Part shown: positions 43,001-55,370 of the stretch, piece by piece
How positions within the stretch are numbered: position 1 is the stretch's first letter
How the letters are laid out: the number at the start of each line of letters is the position of its first letter
Source: Eledone cirrhosa
Taxonomy: Eukaryota
Direction of reading: 5' to 3'
Assembly (NCBI GenBank): GCA_964016885.1
Contig: OZ024740.1
Coordinates: 170,686,001-170,750,000 of the forward strand
Length of the DNA: 64,000 nt
The notes under the pieces: generated by a model
Database searches by the model: none
Told to the model about the DNA's origin: nothing
What the model saw: the letters and a program-made list of their open reading frames with translations, nothing else
Program-made: the position numbers and the translations under genes

Positions 43001-46000
43001 GACTAGCTCTCCCTCTACTCTATTTTCCTCTATCACTACTCCTTTGCTAAACCTAATCGACTCTACTTTAATTGCCCTTTTCAGGGCGAACCACCACCTG
43101 TTGTTGACGTCCGCTCCCGTCAACGCCCGCTTAACTAATACGCTAATCCGGTCTCTGTAGGCCTTGCGCGCCGGGAAAGACGCGTTCAGCTTCCAGTAAC
43201 CAGGCCCTTGTCTATGAAGTCTGTCTATGTCGATCTCACAGATCACAAATTTGTGGTCTGTGTAGTCGACTATTTTAAATTGTGGACAACTTATACTAGC
43301 CTTATCTAGTTCCCTGCAGAATACCCTATCTAGATACGATCTGGATGACCCGATGCGGTTTGTCCATGTCCACATTGGCATATTCGGGTGATCCAGTTGA
43401 TACCTGTCAGACAGTTCAAAACGTCTGAGCAGGTTGGTGAGGCTCCTGCACCCTCCTCCCCTATCCACTAGCCACACACGATCCCAGCGTGCATCCAAGA
43501 TACCGTTCCAGTCGCCCACTAACACTAAAGAACGGGATGTTCCAAGAAAGGTCTCTAGACGTCTGAAGAAATCTGGCCGTCCTGCCCCCGTTGGGGCGTA
43601 GACGGCTACTAACCTGAAAGCATTGCCTTCGCTGCCGGTCACGTCCAGCACCACCGACTTACCTTCTGGGTCCAGGAAGATGGCCCGTATCGCGAGATCC
43701 AAGCCTCTCCGGAAAAGGACGGCAACCCCTCCCCCCGATCCTGGACGGCTGGGAGATGCGTATACATCGTAGCCGCCGAAGATCGGTGCGAAGGCCCGTG
43801 CCTCGGAGATTCTGGTTTCACTGATGGCCACCACATCTATGTTTAGTGACCTGAGGTCATTGAGTAGGTGACCCTGCTTCCAAGATGACCCCAGGCCACG
43901 TGCATTTATACTGCCTATTCTGAGTACAGCCATGTTGGATGAGAAACGGGGCAAATGAGAAAGGGTCACTTACCTTGTTCGTGTGGTGAAGGGACAGTAG
44001 AACCGTCCCTTTCGCTGGTCATGGGTGTTTCCAAGAGGATGTCAGTTTATATCCTCTTGGTAACCGTCCCTCTGGTACAACTGCGTTGTGGAATTTTTGT
44101 TTTAAAGGTTTCTATCGTTCTAATGAGATTTCGATGATGCTTATGTTTGTCGGGAGAGTTCTTGGTGTTGGTGGGGTGTAGTAATTTTTTTCCGTGATGT
44201 CTGTGTGCTGCTTTATATATTTTATGAGTTCTTTTTTTGCTATGTTTATGGCTGTGTACTTTTGGGGGGGAGGGGTGATTTTGTTGCCGTTTTCTTCTTG
44301 TTGCTGTTTGGTGTGTGTGTCTTGTGTTTGCGTTGTTGGTGTTTGTGGTGGTGTTGCTGCAAGTTTCCTTGCTGCCTTTACCCCTCTTTGTATGCCTTCG
44401 CTTTTGGAGGGTGAATCTAAGGGTTTTTTTCTTTTTTCTTTTTTGTGGCAGACCGTTTGCCACGTTACTCCCGCCTCAAATGCCATGTCGGATTCTGTGG
44501 CGTCTGGGAGGGGTATGTGCTCCACGCCTGTTGGTGGTGGTAGTGGAGCTCTCTTCAGCAATTTTGTTGCTGGTGTAGCTATTTCAAATCTAGCTATTGG
44601 TGTTGCCGCTATCTGATGATGCTGCTTTAGTTATCCGTGGCCTTGGTACGGGTGCTACGGACGTTGCCCTCCTACTCACCGTGGAAGGGCCTTCTTCGTT
44701 TGTTGCCTGTCCTGCTCTTGGTAGCAGCGGACCAGGTATTGGAAGGAGAGGGGCCCTCTTCGGTGTCTTCTGCGGGCAAAAGGCCCTGAAGTGACCTTTC
44801 GACCCACAGAGATAACATTTTGGCCGTCTTCCTTCTACACTTATAGGGAGTTGGAGTCCTTCCTCAAAGTCTATGATATCGGGGATAGCCTCGATACATT
44901 CCTGGTCAGTTTGTATAAGCATTTGTATGCCTATACCTGACCAGTTCTCTCTCCCTATTTTTTCTACTTGCAGCATGGTCGCCCTGTTCTCAATTCCAGC
45001 AAGGACAGACGCGGCCAGCCAAGGTATGGGCACGTCGGGTGGAACCTGTGTCACTTTGACCCTCACAATTTTCTGCCCGCAGTAGGAGGGCACCAAGACT
45101 AACTCCTCACTCTTTAGGGTTTCCAAAGAGTGAGACTTTGCTTCCTGGGGGGTGGCGAAAAGTACGTCTACTGTGGCGTACTTTCTGCCTCGGGTGATGT
45201 GGGTTTTGCGTGCCCAGACGCACCCCAAGGCCTTTGGGATTTTAGCCTCCGTGGCTCTCTCCACTCGATGTGAGATTTTGCTTACGGTGCGGTAAGTCAC
45301 CGTTCTTAGCTGCTGGTCCTTGAAAATATCGGGTGGAGATTTCAGGGAGACTCTATTTGCGCTTCTTGTCACCATGGCCCTTGCGACTGCCATCTCCTCC
45401 TCTGTGACTAACACTGTCTCGATATTTCGGGCGACACCTGCAAAAGAAGTGGTCCCTTTTTCAGCAGCACCACTATTGTTGCCGCTACTGGTCTTACTTG
45501 TGGTCGCTATTACAGGTATCGGTGTCATTGTTGTTCTTTTCGCTGGTACAGTTGTTGGTGTTGTTTTCGTTGATACTGTTGCTGCTGTTACTGTTATTGT
45601 GGCTGTTGTTATTATTGTTGTTTTTGTTGATACTGTTCCTACTATTATTGTTGTTGTGGCTGTTGTTATTGTCATTGTTATTGTCGTTCTCGACTTTACC
45701 GCTGTTATTTTTGGTGTTGTTGTTGGTGATGTTGTTGGTGTTGTTGTTGGTGTTGTTTGTGTTAGAAATATTTGTTAATTTTAAATCTGTAACAATCTTT
45801 TTTTCCTTTGTAATATTTTTGTTTATATTTACCTCCGCTGGAACGCTGTCTTGTTGACATGCTGATAAAGTTTCCCTCTCTGTGTGTTGTCTGACAGCGC
45901 TCTCTCTCTTTTTTGTGTTATCCATGTTGAAATTTTTCAAAAAATATTTTTACACAAATACGAATACGACACCCCGTAAAGGGGTGCCGTATTATTTACT

Positions 46001-46140
46001 AGTGAACCCCTGTATTAGGTGGGTCACTTCTTCTAAACTTTTATCAAATTTAAAACTTGAATAAAAGGTTTAGAACGGTTGAAAAAGAGGTAAAACTTTG
46101 AAAAAGACTGGAGGCGATAAGAAGTGAGGCTTCACCAACC
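40058..46140 (-). mobile_element. Tx1/L1-group LINE #3, full length, frameshifted, with a SINE inserted in the 3' UTR
   Basis: ORF1 has CYLCGSKGHFRAFC. ORF2 (43933 to about 40520) has APE and RT with YADD. (AAT)n lies at both ends. Confidence 0.95.
40157..40342 (+). mobile_element. Family 1 SINE inserted in the Tx1 #3 3' UTR
   Basis: A box TGGCAGTATCGG, B box GAGTTCAAATCC and tail GTAGAAACAATTATT. Confidence 0.9.
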
Positions 46141-46157
46141 AATAATAATAATAATAA

Positions 46158-46207
<50 letters not shown>

Positions 46208-46208
46208 A

Positions 46209-46815
46209 TTTGTTATTGGCCACAGGGGCTGGCATGAAGGAGACAATACAAAAGACAGGAACAATGGGGGTTTACAATAAAATCTAGTAAAAAATATACG
46301 ACATAACAATAAACAACAAAATTCATAACAATGAAGGATGACTGAGGACCCCCACCAATCCTAAACCACCTCAATCTCTATGAGCACTCTAGAAAGATGC
46401 CTCTTTCCTCTCTAAACTAGCCAGCCGACAGGCACATGGTCAGAGTAGGGTCATTCACATGGGCCATCCTTGCTACATTCTCCCATCGCTGAACAATGTA
46501 CTGGGGAGCAGTAAAACTTCAAAAAGTTGATGATAGATGGGCCGAAGAGGAAAATGTCTGTCTTCAGTCCTTTCAGCCGCGCCCACCACACATGATCTTT
46601 CACTATAACCACCAGGCAGGGGAAAATTACTTGCCCTTCACGGCCAACAGAGGCAGTGGGGCGATCTTCGCGATAGACTCGGCCAATAAACGGATCCGTC
46701 CTACATGCGATAATACCTGTTTGACATAACTCCACAAGTCGGTAACACAGGGACACTGGACGAGTGCATGCAGAGCGACGAAAAAGTTCTGTGTGCACTC
46801 GTCTGGTGTCCGTGT
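46209..46815 (-). mobile_element. Tx1/L1-group LINE #4, 3' fragment
   Basis: ORF2 C-terminal VWWARLKGLKT homology and the conserved 3' end CCCCTGTGGCCAATAA, followed by (TAG)n/(TAA)n. Confidence 0.85.
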
Positions 46816-47967
46816 ATTGATGAATTACGGAGTTGTGTCGAACAGGTATTATGTAAGATATAACAATAGTAACAAAGCTCAGTTTTTATTCAACAGAAAA
46901 TTAATATTTGCCTTTTCCTTTCTTATTACACCTACCACCACAAAATCCACCCCAATTAACAACACGAACAGCTGCTGAATGTTTCAGCAAATTTTATGTT
47001 TCCGCGTGTATGCGTGTGATTATAAGGAAGTAAACAGCGTTCCCTTTTTTCTGCCCCTTACCAATATTGTTTTCCCTGCAATACACTTATCTCTTTATTT
47101 GCTTTATTCTCCAATCTCGTAACATATTGCTCGTAAATAGCGTTCCCTTTCTTCTACATCTAAACATTACCCCTTTCTCTATGATAAATACTCTTCTCTC
47201 ACTCCCTCGCTCTCTCTCTCTCTCTTTCTCCCCCTCTCTTTCTCTCTCTCTCTCTCTCTATCTCTATCTCTCCTTTGTAACAAACGTACGGGAATAAGCA
47301 GATTTATATTATAGATATTAGCTAAACTACATTTGAACATATGTCGAGAGCATAAAATACGGATTTCTTTGAAAACACATCATCGTAGAAATCCAAGGAA
47401 TAGACAGATAACAGAGATCAGCACCGAGCTGAGTCTGTTTCACAGTGAGCCCAGATTTTATGTCATACGTATAGAATTCAATGTCAGTTTCCTTAACTAA
47501 ATTGTTGCAGTCTCATATGATCAAGTGCCTGATTGAGATATGTTCAACTTATATTATGGGTTACTTTTATTTATTTGTTTTAGAATTATATTTATATGCT
47601 AAATATGATTTCTGTATTTAATAATTTATAGTATGCAATAAGTTATGTGTTAAAATATTGTTTATTTAATTAGTTTGATTATTCTCTATTAATTGAAATT
47701 TTTTCATCGAAAGTATTTTATTAGAATTGTTTTGTTTCGTTTTGATTTTTTTATATGTTATTAGTATAACATTTGTTTCGATGTATTGAAAAGAAATAAT
47801 TTAGATCGTGAATTACAAATGCGATGCAATTATAATGAGTAATTTAATAATCGTGTATTACTAAGAAAAATTCTCTTTCTATAAATATATGTATAAACAT
47901 ATATATATATATACGTATATAATATATATAATGAAAAAATTGAACAGGGACAGAACAGAGAGGCAGT

Positions 47968-48040
<73 letters not shown>

Positions 48041-48055
48041 GTTTCTTCTCTCTTC

Positions 48056-48104
<49 letters not shown>

Positions 48105-48105
48105 G

Positions 48106-48191
<86 letters not shown>

Positions 48192-48261
48192 CTTCTGTAT
48201 TGTATTTATTTACTTTTCTTAACTCTCTGTAGCGGAGATTCATTCGGTTTCCTAGTTAGAA

Positions 48262-48532
48262 TTTAGACTACGACTTCAGCTATACCATTTACGTGGTTTT
48301 ATCTTTGCTTGCAATTGTTCTCCACGCTCCACATATGACGTATTCTCTTCGTTTTTTCCGTTCATTGCCAGACAACGTCTCTATGAACCACCTAAGAGAA
48401 CATTAGTCTACGACTTCTTTTATACCATAAACGTGGTTCTGTCTTTGCGCGTAATTGTTTTCACCGCTCCTATTAATGACGTATTATATTCGTTTTTTCC
48501 CGTTCTTTGCCAGCGAACGTTTCCACGAACCA
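48262..48532. repeat. Diverged tandem duplication of about 140 bp
   Basis: TTAG.CTACGACTTC...TATACCAT..ACGTGGTT...ATGACGTATT...TTCGTTTTTTCC occurs at about 48263 and about 48403. Confidence 0.75.
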
Positions 48533-48858
48533 AAGTATCGTCTTCCTGTCTTCCACCGGTTGCAACGTTTTTTGAAATATCCATTTCTGCGTTCACAGAT
48601 TGACTTTGTTAGTCTCAGAAGATCCCGTTAAGGGTGAAAGCAGCGATTCTTTGCTTAAACTTTAATCTGTTATTTTAATAAATATATATATATATATACT
48701 AAATATATAGGAGTAAGTAAGACCCCGGGGTCTTACTTACTCCTATTACCCACTCTACTACTCTAAGTATTGAGTACTTTGGTGCGTTATGGTCCACCTG
48801 GTTCCTTACCACTTTTCCCTCGCTTACTAAATATATATATCACTCGCTCCTCCCACTT

Positions 48859-48906
<48 letters not shown>

Positions 48907-49464
48907 ACTCACTATCTCTCCCTCTACACACACATATATATAGAATTTAACCTGATTTCTTTCTTGTGACTTGAGTTTTACCTGACGGCAATCTTCAGAC
49001 CAGAATTCTTTCTTCAGTAATGCAATTTTTTTCACATTGCTCCAGTCGATTCAGCTCGCCAAACCTAGTTGTACCCTTAATTTAAAACCTTGTCACACAC
49101 TTTGCCGTGCTGAATCACTCTGATAAATATTAAATGTTCAGCATCTTGGACATTAACTTCACGAGTAAGCTATTTCGTTGATCAATCCACGAGAACATTC
49201 GTCGTCAGAAACAACGGAGTCCCAACGCAATATACACCCACACATACACACATACTCACACACATACACACATATATATATGTGATATGTGTGTGTAAAG
49301 ATATATTGACCAGCGTCTCTTTAGCATAATGGGTAACGTGTTCATCTAGGATCGAGGACATACCGAGTTCGATTCTGCGCAGGCATCTCTGAACACTTTT
49401 CTCCGTCTAGAGGTCTGTGTATTTTAGGCAACTTTCTAAACCAATATTTAGTGATGTACTATCA

Positions 49465-49652
49465 ATAATTGTTTCTACTTTTATAATTGTTTTTTGGGGG
49501 GGGGCACAAGGCCAGCAGTTTTCCCAGTACATTACTGGTACTTTATTTTATCGACCCCGTAAGGATGAAAGGCAAAGTTAACCACGGCGGGATTTGAACT
49601 CAAACCGTAAAGGGGCGTAACCCTATGCTGCAAAGCATGGCGTCCGACTCTC
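49465..49652 (-). mobile_element. Family 1 SINE
   Basis: Reverse-complement consensus. GATGTACTATCAATAAT flanks both sides (about 49453 and 49653), consistent with a target-site duplication. Confidence 0.88.
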
Positions 49653-49825
49653 GATGTACTATCAATAATGTCATCTGCATTGGGACATACACAGTTTATA
49701 TTTCAAATTGTTGTAATACTTCTTATATATATATATGTACATATATATCCACATATATATCCATATATATATCCATATATATATCCATATATATATATAT
49801 CCGTCTCCCTCTCTCTCTATATATA

Positions 49826-49909
<84 letters not shown>

Positions 49910-49997
49910 TATATATCCTATTACCCACTCTACTACCTCAAGTATTGAGTACTTTGGTGCGTTATGGTCCACCTGGTTCCTTACCACATTTCCTTCG

Positions 49998-50030
<33 letters not shown>

Positions 50031-50249
50031 AGTATGTATGTATACGTACATACATATATGTATACAGACGTACAGTAGCATGTATATATATATATACATA
50101 CAGGCACACATATATATATGCACGTATCAGTTTACCGAACATTTATTATAATGTTCGCGTTGTTCGTTTGTAAACAAACGGACAGCCTGATTTACGCCGT
50201 ACAGTGTTCAGGTAACCACGTCACCTTTTTGTTCAACACTGACACAGGA

Positions 50250-50292
50250 ACGATGTACTAGTTTCAAGCTTGTTAGCTATCGTCAGCACCGT
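50250..50292 (-). ncRNA. Minimal type I hammerhead ribozyme (inverted copy)
   Basis: Reverse complement of 50612-50654. Confidence 0.88.
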
Positions 50293-50611
50293 ATACCTTT
50301 CTGCCAGATGGTTGAACGTTCGAAAGTATATACTTTCCTTATGAAAATTAACGGCTGAGCAGCCTAATTTGAATATCGAGTGAGTTCAGTCGGTCAGGCG
50401 CACCGAAAACGATAAATGGAATAGAATGAAACGAAATTTCATTTCTCACTCTTAGTACGGCACTTACTTAAATGTAAGTATGTATGTATACGTACATATA
50501 TATATGTATACAGACTGAACTCACTCGACATGCAAATTAGGCTGCTCAGCCGTTAATTTTCATAAGGAAAGTATATACTTTCGAACGTTCAACCATCTGG
50601 CAGAAAGGTAT

Positions 50612-50654
50612 ACGGTGCTGACGATAGCTAACAAGCTTGAAACTAGTACATCGT
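50612..50654 (+). ncRNA. Minimal type I hammerhead ribozyme
   Basis: ACGGUG-CUGACGA-U-AGCU-AACA-AGCU-U-GAAA-CUAG-UA/CAUCGU, with palindromic ACUAGU in place of stem III. Confidence 0.88.
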
Positions 50655-50802
50655 TCCTGTGTCAGTGTTGAACAAAAAGGTGACGTGGTTACCTGAACAC
50701 TGTACGGCGTAAATCAGGCTGTCCGTTTGTTTACAAACGAACAAAGTGAACATTATAATAAATGTTCGGTAAACTGATACGTGCATATATATATGTGTGC
50801 CT

Positions 50803-50890
<88 letters not shown>

Positions 50891-51123
50891 GCTACTGTAC
50901 GTCTGTATACATATATGTATGTACGTATACATACATACTTACATTTAAGTAAGTGCCGTACTAAGAGTGAGAAATGAAATTTCGTTTCATTCTATTCCAT
51001 TTATCGTTTTCGGTGCGCCTGGCCGACTGAACTCACTCGATATGCAAATTAGGCTGCTCAGCCGTTAATTTTCATAAGGAAAGTATATACTTTCGAACGT
51101 TCAACCATCTGGCAGAAAGGTAT

Positions 51124-51166
51124 ACGGTGCTGACGATAGCTAACAAGCTTGAAACTAGTACATCGT
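51124..51166 (+). ncRNA. Minimal type I hammerhead ribozyme (tandem copy)
   Basis: Same sequence as 50612-50654, 512 bp downstream. Confidence 0.88.
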
Positions 51167-51317
51167 TCCTGTGTCAGTGTTGAACAAAAAGGTGACATGG
51201 TTGCCTGAACACTGTACGGCGTAAATCAGGCTGTCCGTTTGTTTACAAACGAACAAAGCGAACATTATAATAAATGTTCGGTAAACTGATACGTGCATAT
51301 ATATATATGTGTGCCTG

Positions 51318-51380
<63 letters not shown>

Positions 51381-52289
51381 GCTACTGTACGTCTGTATAC
51401 ATATATGTATGTACGTATACATACATACTTACATTTAAGTAAGTGCCGTACTAAGAGTGAGAAATGAAATTTCGTTTCATTCTATTCCATTTATATATAT
51501 ATATATATACATGTGTATATATATTGTGCTGCTAAATATAAAAAAAAAAGATATTCTGTTCATTTGATTGTGCAGAGCAGATGATGAACTCTTTAAGAAT
51601 AAACTAGCTCAATATTGTATTTGACGTTTTCCTGTTACTGCTAACGTAATTTATAAAAGAAAGGCGCATGACAAGACCAATTTCTACCCAATTCCGCATC
51701 AAGATAATCACCTGTCCGGGGATGCCATGGATGTGAAAGTTCGCAGGCGTGCGTGTGATAAATATCAATACTATGATGGGTGTACTATAACCTTGTAATC
51801 ACAAGATTTTAGGAACATCATTCTATCTATGAAAGGGTTACTAATATTTGTACATGTGAAAAGAGAGTGAAATGGCAGAAACAAGAAAGTGACAGACAAA
51901 TAACTTGGTAATGTTTAGTTTCGGTTCTCTATATTTTAATTTCAAATCCTCCTCTAGTCGTTTACTCAGTTGCTAGTAAAAATGAATTTACTGCTTGACA
52001 CTCCAAGATCAGAGGTAGGGAACAATAGATAAACAATTGTATTGAATTCTACTTGAGGAGTTGAAATTAACAAACCGTATCTCATCCTACCGGCTCCCAT
52101 AAAATACTGGGACTGATTCATTCTTACGTCTATGAAAGTATGACCTCGTGCCAATTTAAAAGGACATTAGTCTTAAAGATCAGCTCAGTGCTGGATAAGA
52201 TGTATATTAATAGAGAGTCACATAGCTTCTGTTTACAGCTGAAGTTGATTCGACTGCTATTGTTTTCTTCTTCATTATATTACGAGATT

Positions 52290-52656
52290 TAGGGTGGTGG
52301 ACTTAGTCGTTAGAATGTCGGATACAATGCTTTATAGTATTCGTTCTGGTACTCTGCACTTTCCGTCAATCTGGGCTCGATAGTATAAAGTAGTCGTCAA
52401 GTACTGGGGTCGATATAATTGGCTTTCTTCTCCGCTCAAAATTGCTGACCTTGTGCCTAAACTAGAAACCAGCGGTGGATTGGCAGTATCGGTAGAGGGT
52501 CGGACGCCATGCTTTCACGCATAGAGTTACGGCCCTTGCCATTCTGAGTTCGAATCCCGCCGAGGTTAACTTTGCCTTTCATCCTTACGGGGTTGATAAA
52601 ATAAAGTACCAGTAATCAATTTTGAGCTGGCCTTGTGCCAAAAGTAGAAACAATTA
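52290..52656 (+). mobile_element. Old and young family 1 SINEs, head-to-tail
   Basis: A degenerate copy at about 52290-52470 is followed directly by an intact copy at 52472-52656. Confidence 0.82.
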
Positions 52657-52859
52657 TATAGAGATTATGTTTCGTCAAAAGAAATGAATATATATTTTGT
52701 GACTTAACTAGAGGGCGAAAGGTAGTACTCAACAAACACATTTTTCAGTACTTCCGTGACTGTTGGTAGGAAATTATCTTCAAACAGAAAAGGTTTCTGG
52801 GAAGATTACAACAGAGTAGACTACAACAACTACGCTGCTGTTCCTGTTGCTGTGGGCAC

Positions 52860-52870
52860 CACCGCCGCCG

Positions 52871-52911
<41 letters not shown>

Positions 52912-52975
52912 GCTGCTGCTACTGCTGCTACTGCTGCTGATACTGCTGCTAATGCTGTTGCTGTTGCTGTTGCTG

Positions 52976-53025
<50 letters not shown>

Positions 53026-53194
53026 GCTGCTACTACTACTACCACTGCTGCTGCTGCTTCTACTGCTACTACTACTACTGTTGCTGCTGTTATTACTACT
53101 ACTACTACTGCTGTTGCTACTGCTACTACTACTACTACTACCACTGCTGTTGTTACTACTATTACTACTATTACCACTGGTGTTGCTGCTGCTG

Positions 53195-53258
<64 letters not shown>

Positions 53259-53291
53259 CACTGCTGTTGCTATTGCTTCTACTACTACTAC
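52860..53291. repeat. Compound (CTA)n/(CTG)n microsatellite
   Basis: About 430 bp of trinucleotide repeat. Confidence 0.95.
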
Positions 53292-53639
53292 AAATATTAC
53301 AATATGATATATTGATAAAAATACAAAATAACACAACACAACAACAACGTCAGCAGTAGCCCTATATACAAACACAACGCATCTGGAAGTAAATTAAATG
53401 ATTATTACTTCTGTATGTATGATTGTTCAAATACTGCTTTTCTAATACATAATATATATTTACAACATATATATTTGCTATATTATTAATTTAATTTCAA
53501 AATTTACATGTTTTACATTTACAACAAATTATGATTATCACAATATGCAATTACATGCAGAAATTAATTCGAAATTAACTAAAATGACTTAATTGTGCAA
53601 TAAAACAGGTCGACCTTCATATGGATTGAGTCAAGCTTG

Positions 53640-53975
53640 AACCAACACCACTTCGCCTGCCTTCGTTCTGCCTCGCATCTAAACAGCGGCGCGTGGCTCA
53701 ATTCGGTGCCCTCCTCATCAACCGGTCCTATTCTTGATTACGAGTGCACTCGCATCAGAGAGGCTTAACACCTCGGCCACCGCGTGTGTGAGCCATATAT
53801 TGGCCTTTGTGGAGCTGTCGTCGATGAATTCAGCCTGCATCTATTATCATGCCAGCAGAGCACAGGGCGGTTCCCCCGACATGTCATTCTCAACGACATA
53901 ATAAGAAGGAGCTTTGACGCAGCCGCCTATCCGTGTCAACTGGAGCCAGTACACACCGACCGTGATGACGGCCAG
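53640..53975 (+). pseudogene. CRE-clade-like non-LTR retrotransposon fragment (zinc knuckle / REL region)
   Basis: SGAWLNSVP...VCEP..CGAVVD...HLLSC...GRFPRH..LNDIIRRS......LEP...RDDG. Confidence 0.7.
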
Positions 53976-54155
53976 CTCCGTAAGGTTACTCGAGAGAGTG
54001 CGTAGCCTGGAGATCAGTGAATTACTCCAGGTAGAGCCTCTACTTCTCTCAAACGAAAGATCAAGGCTCCAATGCTACCATATGTGGTTATAATGTCCAA
54101 GGAAAGAGTCGGTAGACATATTTTACAGGCAAACCCAACCGGCAGGAGACTCAAA

Positions 54156-54311
54156 TGCTGCTGCTGATGATGATGATGATGTTGATGATGATGATGATGA
54201 CGATGACGATGACGATGACGATGGCGAAGAAGAAGAAGAAGAAGAAGAAGAAGAAGAAGAAGAAGAAGAAGAAGAAGAAGAAGAAGAAGAAGAAGAAGAA
54301 GAAGAAGAAGA
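54156..54311. repeat. (GAT)n + (GAA)n microsatellite
   Basis: Seen directly in the sequence. Confidence 0.95.
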
Positions 54312-54487
54312 TAGTCGCATATTTATTTATATATTAGTATAACTCAATCAAGTATATATATATATATACTAAACCAATGTATAGATTTGTACCATTGCGA
54401 GAAATAAGTGTTTGAAACAACCTAATAAAATCGTAGAATAAGTAGATGATAAATAAATAACTTCACGTCATTATTCTTAGGAAGTGA

Positions 54488-54877
54488 GTGGATTGGCAGT
54501 ATCGGTAGAAGGTCTGACGCCATGCTTTGCAGTAAAGAGTTACGCCCCTTAATGGTCTGAGTTCAAATCCCGCCGAGGTTAACTTTGCCTTTCATCCTTA
54601 CGGGGTCGATAAAATAAAGTACCAGTAATACACTGAGATAATTGCTGGCCTTGTACCAAAAGTAGAAACAATTATTCTTAGGAAGTGAGTGGATTGGCAG
54701 TATTGGTAGAGGGTCGGACGCCATGCTTTCACGCATAGAGTTACGGCCCTTGCCATTCTGAGTTCAAATCCCGCCGAGGTTAACTTTGGCTTTCATCCTT
54801 ACGGGGCTCGATAAAATAAAGTACCAGTAATGCACTAGGTAATTGCTGGCCTTGTGCCAAAAGTAGAAACAATTATT
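54488..54877 (+). mobile_element. Tandem dimer of family 1 SINE
   Basis: Two copies with a 201-bp period. Confidence 0.9.
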
Positions 54878-55214
54878 CTTAGGAAGCCTATGAAATACAG
54901 ATCACAACAATAGTTAGAATTTTTAAAATGACTAAAGAAGATAAAAACATTACAATTAATGTTCAGCCAGTCATTAACCATTTGGTTTGGCTTAATTCAA
55001 ATTAACTTTGATATAATAGTTAGAGTAGTATTATTTATGAAAGGCCCTGTGCCAAAAGTAGAAACAAATATTTAACTAAAATCCTCTTGAATTGTATCTA
55101 TCACATACCAATATTTAGCTATCTATTCAAAAACATAACAAGTACTTTTGGAATTGTATCGAATAAATTTAAGGTTTTCAATGTTGTTTTTCAAATATTT
55201 CATAATTTATCTGG

Positions 55215-55258
<44 letters not shown>

Positions 55259-55261
55259 TGG

Positions 55262-55370
<109 letters not shown>

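Larger units (their letters stand above)
50028..51494. mobile_element. HHR-bearing tandem repeat (about 450-512 bp unit, second retrozyme-like family) with an internal inversion
   Basis: About 1.1 units at 50028-50515 in one orientation, then about 1.9 units at 50513-51494 inverted. The unit contains a variable (TA)n tract and one HHR. Confidence 0.8.

Noticed and set aside
22328-45857. Plus-strand ORFs opposite the Tx1 elements
   Set aside because: They are antisense shadows of GC-rich LINE coding sequence.
52756-53375. Poly-Thr/Ser/Leu/Val ORFs (mucin-like)
   Set aside because: Several frames on both strands are open because of the trinucleotide repeat; no splice or domain evidence.
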